A program made the translations under genes and the position numbers. Source: Candidatus Shapirobacteria bacterium (GTDB taxonomy: Bacteria; Patescibacteriota; Microgenomatia; UBA12405). From it: 49,578 bases of DNA. The DNA lies in NCBI GenBank assembly GCA_041665485.1, contig JBAYIT010000003.1, positions 133,146 to 182,723 of the forward strand, in the 5' to 3' direction. Position 1 is the first letter of the stretch, and the number at the start of each line of letters is the position of its first letter. Shown here piece after piece: positions 42,643 through 49,578 of the stretch. A model generated the notes under the pieces. It ran no database searches. It was not told where the DNA came from and saw nothing but the letters and a program-made list of their open reading frames with translations.

Positions 42643-43716
42643 ATGAACCTTTCTGATTTAAATACTCGCCTTCTTCAAATCAAATCTAAGATAGGTTTTG
42701 ACTCTATTAGTGCCAATCTCGCTAAGCTAAAACTACAATCGGAAGACCCCAACCTTTGGCAAGATCAGACCAATGCCGGAAAAATTCTTCAGGAAGTTTC
42801 CTCTCTCGAACAAACCATGGCCGACTTTGGCCAAATTGCCAAAGAAATTGATTCATTAAAGGACTTTGAAACCTATCTTGTCACCGACTCTTCTTCTGAT
42901 CTCAAAGTCGAATTTGAAAACAACATTAATCGTCTAAACGATGACATCAATAAACTCGAGCTTACCACCTATCTTTCAGGTAAATACGACAAACTAGATT
43001 GTCTATTTTCTATCCACTCCGGTCAAGGTGGCACCGAAGCTATGGATTGGGCTTCAATGTTGCAAAGAATGTATCTTCGTTACTTTGAACGCCAGAATTG
43101 GCCACACCAGGTTCTTGATATTACTCCCGGCGAAGAAGCCGGTATCAAATCAGTTTATTTTAAAGTTAGTGGTAATTATTGCTACGGTTATCTCAAGCAC
43201 GAGAATGGTGTTCATCGTCTGGTTCGGCTTTCTCCGTTTAATGCCGATCAACTTCGTCAAACATCTTTTGCCAAAGTTGAAGTTACTCCGATTATCAAAG
43301 AAGCCAGTGATATTGTTTTAAGGCCTGAAGATATCGAGTTTAGTGCTTTCCGTGCCGGTGGTCATGGTGGTCAAAATGTCAACAAAGTTTCTACCGCCGT
43401 CAGGCTTACTCACCGGCCAACCGGTATTGCCGTTAACTGCCAAAGCCAGCGTTCCCAGGAGCAAAATCGGCTTTTAGCCAGTGAAATGTTGTTGTCCAAA
43501 CTCTGGGCCATCGAGCAGGATCGTTTAAGTAAGGAAAAGAAGGAGATCAAGGGCGAAAATATCATTGCCGGCTGGGGTCATCAAATCCGTTCTTATGTTC
43601 TTCATCCCTATCGAATGGTCAAAGACCTGCGCACCCGCTTTGAGACATCCGATACTCAAGCTGTTCTTGATGGTGACCTCGATGGTTTTATTAAATCCTC
43701 TCTGGTTAAACTATGA
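42643..43716 (+). CDS. prfB: peptide chain release factor 2 (single ORF, no programmed frameshift)
   Basis: The SPF tripeptide (RLSPFNA), GGQ ([19 protein letters not shown]) and [15 protein letters not shown]. Confidence 0.92.
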   Translation: MNLSDLNTRLLQIKSKIGFDSISANLAKLKLQSEDPNLWQDQTNAGKILQEVSSLEQTMADFGQIAKEIDSLKDFETYLVTDSSSDLKVEFENNINRLNDDINKLELTTYLSGKYDKLDCLFSIHSGQGGTEAMDWASMLQRMYLRYFERQNWPHQVLDITPGEEAGIKSVYFKVSGNYCYGYLKHENGVHRLVRLSPFNADQLRQTSFAKVEVTPIIKEASDIVLRPEDIEFSAFRAGGHGGQNVNKVSTAVRLTHRPTGIAVNCQSQRSQEQNRLLASEMLLSKLWAIEQDRLSKEKKEIKGENIIAGWGHQIRSYVLHPYRMVKDLRTRFETSDTQAVLDGDLDGFIKSSLVKL

Positions 43717-44636
43717 TCAAAAAAGTTTTTTTAGTTTTTAGTCTGATTTTCATCACTACTATTTTTTTGACTTATTCCTTTGTTGTTAAGTTGCCGAATC
43801 ATTATAATCTTCTCCTTCTTGGTCTTGACCCCAGAGACGACTCTATTGAAAAAACCATGACCACCGACACTATTATCTTTGCTTCTTTTAATTTTGAAAA
43901 ACGACATTTATCGATAATTTCTCTTCCTCGCGATCTCTGGAGTTATTCCACTACTACCAAAATCAATCAAATATATCCTGACTCTCTAAAACCAACTCCG
44001 AATTGGGACCAAGTAAAACAGGAGTTTACCTATATTACCGGGCAAAAGATTAACGATATCGTTGTTATCACCACTGAAAATTTAACAAATCTTATCACAG
44101 TTTTGGGGGGTGTTACTGTCAATCTAAAAAATGGCTTTATTGATAAAAGCTACCCCAATCCCGAATATATCAAAAATCCTAGTCCTAGAATACCTATTTA
44201 TATCACCATTGAATTCCCCCCCGGAGATAACTTAATCAATAGCTCCAACATTGTTCCATTTACACGCTCTCGCAAGAGCTCAGACAACCCTCTTCTAGGT
44301 GGAACTGACCTTGGTCGAATTGAACGACAACAATTGCTCATCGAAGCTATTTCTAAACAATCTTTATCGCCCTCAAATCTTAAGTTCAATCGACTTAATC
44401 AACTTTATCGTTTTTGGAAGTCTCTTCTAATAACTATCGAGGATCGTACTATTTTTGCCTTGAGTTTAAAGTTTGTTTTTTCTTCCCCAGTTTCAACCCC
44501 AATTACTCTCCATCGTTATGTTTTAAACGATCTTATTTATCATCCCGATAAATTTACTACTCCCGCCTGGGTTTTCCTTCCCAAAGGGGAAGACTACCAA
44601 GAAATACATCAATTTATTCAAAAGCAAATTAATTAG
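43713..44636 (+). CDS. LytR-CpsA-Psr (LCP) family protein
   Basis: N-terminal TM helix. [10 protein letters not shown]...[10 protein letters not shown]...ISLPRDLW. Confidence 0.8.
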   Translation: MIKKVFLVFSLIFITTIFLTYSFVVKLPNHYNLLLLGLDPRDDSIEKTMTTDTIIFASFNFEKRHLSIISLPRDLWSYSTTTKINQIYPDSLKPTPNWDQVKQEFTYITGQKINDIVVITTENLTNLITVLGGVTVNLKNGFIDKSYPNPEYIKNPSPRIPIYITIEFPPGDNLINSSNIVPFTRSRKSSDNPLLGGTDLGRIERQQLLIEAISKQSLSPSNLKFNRLNQLYRFWKSLLITIEDRTIFALSLKFVFSSPVSTPITLHRYVLNDLIYHPDKFTTPAWVFLPKGEDYQEIHQFIQKQIN

Positions 44637-44637
44637 C

Positions 44638-45303
44638 ATGTCTTCAAACTATCTTGCTATTCATGGTTATCGGCTATCTCTCATAGAAAACCAGATTGAT
44701 AGCTTGGGGCTAACTTCTAACGCCAAAATTTTAGATATTGGTTGTTATCCGCCTTATTTACTCAAGTCTCTTTCCAAAAGGTTCCAACTTTGGGGCATTT
44801 CCTCTGGCCACGAGCCGGTATCTTTCCGCAACGTTTCCACTATTAATATCGACAATGAAACTTTTCCTTACTCTGATAACTTTTTTGACTTAGTTATCTT
44901 TAGTGAAGTTTTGGAACATATGTATCGTGGTGTTGATCACATATTTTCTGAAATCAATCGAATTTTGAAGCCCGGTGGTCGGCTAATCATCACTACTCCA
45001 AATGCTGTCCGTAGCCATAATCTTTTAAAAATTATCGTCGGAGTTAATCCTTTTGATGGCCTAAACAATGACTCAATTTACCATCGTCATAATCGGGAAT
45101 ATACTCAAAGTGAACTTTTGGCGCTTTCAAGAAGCAGTGATTTTTCTCCTGTTTTATCGCAATATATTATAGCTTACCCTCCGTTCCGTAATAAAGTTAT
45201 TCAAGAACCTCTCTGGCTTCAACTAATTAAATGGCTCAATTATTTTTTTACTCTTCTTTTTAAAAGTCGTCGCGACACTCTTTTACTCATTTCTCAAAAG
45301 TAA
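44638..45303 (+). CDS. class I SAM-dependent methyltransferase
   Basis: ILDIGCYPP (motif I), FDLVIFSEVLEHM and LKPGGRLIITTPN. Confidence 0.8.
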   Translation: MSSNYLAIHGYRLSLIENQIDSLGLTSNAKILDIGCYPPYLLKSLSKRFQLWGISSGHEPVSFRNVSTINIDNETFPYSDNFFDLVIFSEVLEHMYRGVDHIFSEINRILKPGGRLIITTPNAVRSHNLLKIIVGVNPFDGLNNDSIYHRHNREYTQSELLALSRSSDFSPVLSQYIIAYPPFRNKVIQEPLWLQLIKWLNYFFTLLFKSRRDTLLLISQK

Positions 45304-45321
45304 CTTTTGCTATACTTAACT

Positions 45322-45807
45322 ATGGAAATCCAAAATCTATCCCAAACCACTTCTCCAGTTCTCGGTCAACCATTGCCTAGTAAAAATCAAACTTTACTGA
45401 TATTTATCATTGTTATTATTGGTTTGACCACCGGTTTTTGGATTTCCCGTTTCAGCTCTTCCGAAGGTGATGCCACCAAGACCTCGATTATTGATTCCGG
45501 TCAAAAAGCCGTTTCCATTGACGATCTTAAGTCGCCTCAAGATATCAAGGCTGGTGTGCTTTATGGCGATGAGGCCAAGAACTTTAAAGATCATGCCACT
45601 GGTACTATTGAAAAAGGTGGTATTAACGGTGTAGGCACTCATATTCTTGTTCGTGAAGGCGGTCTCTCCCAACGGGCATCGCTCACTTCATCTGTTGTTG
45701 ACTTGGATTTGTTCATTGGAAAAAATGTTGAAGTATACGGTGAAACAAATTCTTCCAATAAAACCAGCTGGCTAATGGACGTTGGCACTATTAAAATTAT
45801 CGAGTAG
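45322..45807 (+). CDS. hypothetical membrane-anchored protein
   Basis: ATG at 45322 (MEIQNLSQ); the track start 45307 is a TTG. One TM helix followed by a soluble domain. Confidence 0.5.
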   Translation: MEIQNLSQTTSPVLGQPLPSKNQTLLIFIIVIIGLTTGFWISRFSSSEGDATKTSIIDSGQKAVSIDDLKSPQDIKAGVLYGDEAKNFKDHATGTIEKGGINGVGTHILVREGGLSQRASLTSSVVDLDLFIGKNVEVYGETNSSNKTSWLMDVGTIKIIE

Positions 45808-45808
45808 G

Positions 45809-46468
45809 ATGGAGGTCATTTTTGATTCTGTTACCAAAAGCTATGGATTAGTTAATGCCCTTAAAGATGTTTCGTTTAGTGTTAGTCCCGGCGAATTCGT
45901 TTTTATTACCGGGCCCTCCGGTGCCGGTAAATCAACCATTATTAAGCTAATCCTTCGTCAAATCCGTCCTTCGTCGGGTAAGTTGCTTATTAATTCTGTC
46001 AATATTAATTCTGTCAAACAGCCGGAAGTTGAGTCTATTCGGCGCCAAATTGGGGTTATCTTTCAGGATTATCAGCTTATCTCCGACAAATCTATTGAAG
46101 AAAATATCACCCTGGCCATGGATATTGCCGGTTGCCCTCGTAATCTTGCCGCTAAAAAGCTCGATCAAGTCTTGTCTCAAGTTAATTTGTTAAACCGTCG
46201 TTTCCTTTTCCCTTCCCAGCTTTCCGGCGGAGAGCTCCAAAGAGCCTCTCTGGCTCGAGCCTTAGCCGTCAGCCCCAAGCTTATTCTTGCCGACGAACCA
46301 ACCGGTAATCTTGATCTGGCCAATTCTTGGAAACTGATTAAACTCCTTCAGGAAATTAATCGTCGTTATTCGACGACTATTATTATGACTACCCACCACC
46401 TCGATTTTATTGAATCGCTCAAACACAGAGTTATTAGTCTAAAAAACGGCAAAATAGTCAACCCATGA
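45809..46468 (+). CDS. ftsE: cell division ABC ATPase FtsE
   Basis: ATG 45809 (MEVIFDSVTKSYG), GPSGAGKST, LSGGELQR and LADEPTGNLD. Confidence 0.92.
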   Translation: MEVIFDSVTKSYGLVNALKDVSFSVSPGEFVFITGPSGAGKSTIIKLILRQIRPSSGKLLINSVNINSVKQPEVESIRRQIGVIFQDYQLISDKSIEENITLAMDIAGCPRNLAAKKLDQVLSQVNLLNRRFLFPSQLSGGELQRASLARALAVSPKLILADEPTGNLDLANSWKLIKLLQEINRRYSTTIIMTTHHLDFIESLKHRVISLKNGKIVNP

Positions 46469-47337
46469 GTCCACTAAAAACTGCCTGGCTCCATCTCCGT
46501 CGTTCTCCCTTTCAGGGTTTAACCGCCCTTCTTATGATGACTATCTTTTTCTTCCTTTCCTCTTCCTTTGTTTTTATTAGCTATGGTTTTTCTTCTCTCC
46601 TTAACTATTATGAAACTAAGCCGGAGATTACCATCTTTCTTAAAGATGGAATTGATTCATCGACTATTGACAGTATCCAAAAAGAAATTAGTAATTTTGA
46701 AAAAATAAGAGAAATAAGGTTTATTTCCAAAGAAAAAGCCCTCTCTATTTATCAGGAACAAAACCGTCAAGACCCCCTTCTCACCGAGCTGGTTACTTCA
46801 AGTATCCTCCCGGCCTCTTTTGAGGTCTCCGTTTCCGATCCAAAAGTATTAGAACAAATTTCTTCGGCTTTTTCCGGTCGCACTAACATTGTTGACGAAA
46901 TAATTTACCAAAAGGACACTATTGACTCTCTTTTGAATTGGACTAATATCATCCGTCATCTTGGACTTGTGGCTATTTCTATTTTTGGTTTTACCTCATT
47001 TTTAGTCATTTTTGTTATTATTGGTATGAAAATTACCAGTCGTAAAGAAGAGATAAAAATTTGTCGGCTCTTGGGCGCTTCAAGCTTTTATGTTGTCAGA
47101 CCTTTTTTACTTGAAGGTGTTATTTATGGCTTTATCGGTGCTCTCGTTGGCTCTGGTATCTCCTTCGCTTTCTCAGAAATTTATCGTCAATCGATCAACC
47201 AGTTTTTTCAACCCATAGTCTTTATCCCAGTTCTTTCGTATTTTCAGCCAATTATAACCTTGTCTTGCCTGTTTTTTGGAATTTTTTTGGGTTCAGTTGC
47301 TGGTTGGTTTGGCTCAAAGCGTTATATTCGTTTTTAA
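46465..47337 (+). CDS. ftsX: cell division permease-like protein FtsX
   Basis: 4-TM topology with an extracytoplasmic domain between TM1 and TM2. 4-nt overlap with ftsE. Confidence 0.88.
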   Translation: MSPLKTAWLHLRRSPFQGLTALLMMTIFFFLSSSFVFISYGFSSLLNYYETKPEITIFLKDGIDSSTIDSIQKEISNFEKIREIRFISKEKALSIYQEQNRQDPLLTELVTSSILPASFEVSVSDPKVLEQISSAFSGRTNIVDEIIYQKDTIDSLLNWTNIIRHLGLVAISIFGFTSFLVIFVIIGMKITSRKEEIKICRLLGASSFYVVRPFLLEGVIYGFIGALVGSGISFAFSEIYRQSINQFFQPIVFIPVLSYFQPIITLSCLFFGIFLGSVAGWFGSKRYIRF

Positions 47338-47340
47338 CTA

Positions 47341-48492
47341 ATGTGGTTTATATTGTTACTCTTTTTATTTTTCAGTCAGATTTTTTCTAACCCCGCAATT
47401 TGCCAGACCAACACCGATGAGTTAACAAAAAAAATAAACGAATACACTCAAAAAATAGAACAACTTCGTACTACTAAGGATAGTTTGGGCAAACAACTTA
47501 AGCTTCTTGATTCAGAGATTGCCCTCAATGGTCTGCGTATCAACCAGACAGAAATGCTGGTTACCAACCTTAAAAATGAAATTGGCAGTTTGGGTCAAAA
47601 GATTGAAGAGCTTGATAGCTTTCTCAATCAACTGTCCCAAGCTTATCTCAAACAAGTTGTTGAAAATTATAAGCGCCCAAAACTTGCTCCTTTTCTTCTT
47701 CTTAATCAGTCTTCAGTTTTTAACAATTTTTTTCGCCAGCTAAAATATATCGCCAGAACCCAAAAAGCCAGTCACGACTCACTGCTTCAGCTTGAGGGAA
47801 CACTAACCGTTTTTGATCAGGAAAAAGACAAAAAAGTCGTTAAACAAGCCGAACTTGAGACACTTGAAAAAAAGTTATCTGATCAAAGAAAGGCACTGGA
47901 AAATGATAAAAAGGCCAAAGACAGGCTACTTGCCGAAACCAAGAACGACGAAACAAAATATCAAACTCTTCTTAGTCAAACCCGCTCCGAACTTGATGCT
48001 ATTGAGGCGGTTATTGCTGGTAATGGCGAGGAATCAAAAGTTGGTGAGGTTAAAGCCGGCAGTAAAATCGCTTCAGTTATTGAAGGTCAGTCCTGCAACT
48101 CCAGTGGAACCCATCTCCATTTTATGGTCAAAATCAATAATCTTGTCCAAAACCCATTTTCTTATCTAAAGTCTATTGCTCACGTTGATTATTCCAATGG
48201 CGATAACTTTAATCCCACCGGGTCCTGGAATTGGCCGATTAATGAAAGCATTGAATTCAACCAAGGATATGGCAGTACCTGGTCAATTCGCAACACTTGG
48301 GTCAAAAAAATATACAGCTTTCATTCCGGTATAGATATTTCCTCAACCGGTTCAAATGATGTTTTTGCTACTCACGAAGGTACTCTTTATCGGGGTAAAT
48401 TCGGTTCCGGTTGTACTTTGAAATATGTCCGTGTTCAGGATAAAGACAAACCAGAATTAAGCACTCTTTACCTCCATGTAAATTATTTTTAG
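47341..48492 (+). CDS. coiled-coil M23 peptidase (EnvC/PcsB-like partner of FtsEX)
   Basis: A long N-terminal coiled coil. C-terminal M23 motifs (GTHLHFMV, HSGIDI) and the position immediately after ftsEX. Confidence 0.8.
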   Translation: MWFILLLFLFFSQIFSNPAICQTNTDELTKKINEYTQKIEQLRTTKDSLGKQLKLLDSEIALNGLRINQTEMLVTNLKNEIGSLGQKIEELDSFLNQLSQAYLKQVVENYKRPKLAPFLLLNQSSVFNNFFRQLKYIARTQKASHDSLLQLEGTLTVFDQEKDKKVVKQAELETLEKKLSDQRKALENDKKAKDRLLAETKNDETKYQTLLSQTRSELDAIEAVIAGNGEESKVGEVKAGSKIASVIEGQSCNSSGTHLHFMVKINNLVQNPFSYLKSIAHVDYSNGDNFNPTGSWNWPINESIEFNQGYGSTWSIRNTWVKKIYSFHSGIDISSTGSNDVFATHEGTLYRGKFGSGCTLKYVRVQDKDKPELSTLYLHVNYF

Positions 48493-49578
48493 TAGCCTCT
48501 GGTTAGTTTTCTTAAAACTATCATCGCTCCGCCGATTGTCGCCACCGTTATACTTTGCCACAAAAATCCTTCTGGGCCTGTCACTGGCATTTTTTCTTTA
48601 CCAACATAGTAATAAGTAGAATCAGACAAATTTATCTTTTCGTTCCGAGCATTCACCCGGTTTATCCTTTTAACAATCTTGTCTTCCCAAAGAACTCTTG
48701 CCGCCAAATCGAATACTTGGCTTTTTCCCACCTCTAGATCTCGGATTTGCCAGGAAATTACTCTGGTGCCGGAATTGTAGCTTCCCGGGTTATAAAGCAA
48801 TCCTAAATCAATCGGCAAATTATCGACAACCTCTAAATTACTAATTCTTTCTGGTCCAACATTGGTCACCTCAATCTTGAAATAAACCGTTTCGCCTTTT
48901 CGGAAAACTTTTTGGTTAAAGTCAATGTTATCTATAAAAGTCTTATTGTCAGAACTTATTTTTTTGTCGATTCTAATTCTACTTAGAACAATCGTCGGTG
49001 TCGCTGTTGGCCAAACCACAGTCTGGCAACACTGATCCCAGTTGGGAGTAACCCGGCACCTATTTTCATTTTCTGGTCTAGAACAATAAGAAGAACCATT
49101 GTTGGCCCTCACGCAGGTAAAACCCCATTCACATCTCCTCCAAAAACTACATTCCTCACTGCAACTTCTGGTTATTCTTCTCCATGTTGGAGTCGGTGTC
49201 GGTGTTGGCGTATTGGTTGGTGTTGGAGTTGGAGTTGGGGTCAGAGTTCCGGTTGGCGTCGGTGTTGGAGTATTAGTAACAACAGGAGCCTGACAGCAGG
49301 TAGTAACTGTGGGGGAATCAATACAGGCAGTCTGGTATTCCGGTTTAGAACAGAAGTTTCGACCACCGGTAGCGGTGACACAAATTAAACCACTACTACA
49401 GGGTTGAGAAGTACCACAGGGTGTTGAACCACACTGGGAGGGAATAGGAGTATTGGTAGGAGTGGGAGTGTTGGTGGGAGTTGGAGTATTGGTTGGGGTA
49501 TTAGTGGGGGTATTGGTTGGAGTATTGCTAGGAATTGGAGTTGAAGTGTTTGATGGTGGAGGAGTGGTGGTTGATTGA
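48489..49578 (-). CDS. sortase-anchored cell-surface protein (N-terminus beyond the window): PT-rich linkers, two 8-Cys modules, DUF11-like beta-sandwich, xPxTG sorting signal
   Basis: The track starts it at a GTG (49112), but the frame is open to the window edge (codons from 49577). C-terminus: MPVTG + hydrophobic FLWQSITVATIGGAMIVL + RKLTRGY. The segment TVYFKIEVTNVGPERISNLEVVDNLP is DUF11-like. Confidence 0.75.
   Translation of the reverse strand, partial: QSTTTPPPSNTSTPIPSNTPTNTPTNTPTNTPTPTNTPTPTNTPIPSQCGSTPCGTSQPCSSGLICVTATGGRNFCSKPEYQTACIDSPTVTTCCQAPVVTNTPTPTPTGTLTPTPTPTPTNTPTPTPTPTWRRITRSCSEECSFWRRCEWGFTCVRANNGSSYCSRPENENRCRVTPNWDQCCQTVVWPTATPTIVLSRIRIDKKISSDNKTFIDNIDFNQKVFRKGETVYFKIEVTNVGPERISNLEVVDNLPIDLGLLYNPGSYNSGTRVISWQIRDLEVGKSQVFDLAARVLWEDKIVKRINRVNARNEKINLSDSTYYYVGKEKMPVTGPEGFLWQSITVATIGGAMIVLRKLTRGY
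49186..49278 (-). repeat. Pro/Thr-rich linker-coding low-complexity repeat (TPTPTPT...)
   Basis: Minus-strand translation TNTPTPTPTGTLTPTPTPTPTNTPTPTPTPT. The plus-strand GVGVGV ORF is its antisense artefact. Confidence 0.8.
49441..49578 (-). repeat. second Pro/Thr/Asn-rich linker-coding repeat (NTPT units)
   Basis: Minus-strand translation ...SNTPTNTPTNTPTNTPTPTNTPTPTNTPIPS. Confidence 0.8.

Noticed and set aside
42643-43716. Programmed +1 frameshift in prfB, or UGA recoding.
   Set aside because: RF2 reads through as a single uninterrupted ORF with no CUU-UGA-type site near codon 25. TGA terminates conserved genes (serS, the recombinase), so the standard code applies.
49099-49293. Plus-strand ORF encoding a GVGVGV... 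repeat.
   Set aside because: It is the antisense reading of the Pro/Thr linker of the minus-strand surface protein, which has coherent domain content and a sorting signal.

Overview
AT-rich, tightly packed bacterial chromosome segment with many 4-40 nt gene overlaps. Gene content resembles a Candidate Phyla Radiation / Patescibacteria genome (lineage is inference). The backbone is housekeeping: uvrB, uvrA, a short uvrC, comM, yraN and dprA, greA, lysS, serS, secA, typA, prfB, ftsE, ftsX and an M23 peptidase, plus several GT-C/GT2/LCP envelope genes, a sortase and a sortase-type surface protein. Standard code: RF2 is intact and TGA ends conserved genes.

Four regions stand out.
1. 1..5089: the edge of a putative integrated mobile element. 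It carries a replication-relaxation protein, a VirD4/TraD-like ATPase and a large serine recombinase whose 3' end overlaps tRNA-Glu(CUC).
2. 21492..24475 (minus strand): a strong promoter and a canonical T-box attenuator (probable UAC/Tyr specifier). These precede an orphan 96-aa ORF, a tRNA-Tyr with archaeal/eukaryal identity features (C1:G72, short variable arm), an Asp/Glu-type racemase and a YbaK-like domain fused to an archaeal-type TyrRS.
3. 18574..19610: two small, weakly paralogous proteins and a protein with a clan-CD (caspase/gingipain-like) His/Cys signature, translationally coupled into uvrC.
4. 28924..30587: a convergent, 3'-overlapping orphan pair, one member carrying HExxH.

No rRNA, CRISPR array, reverse transcriptase or transposase was seen. 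All product calls rest on motif recognition by eye; no searches were run.
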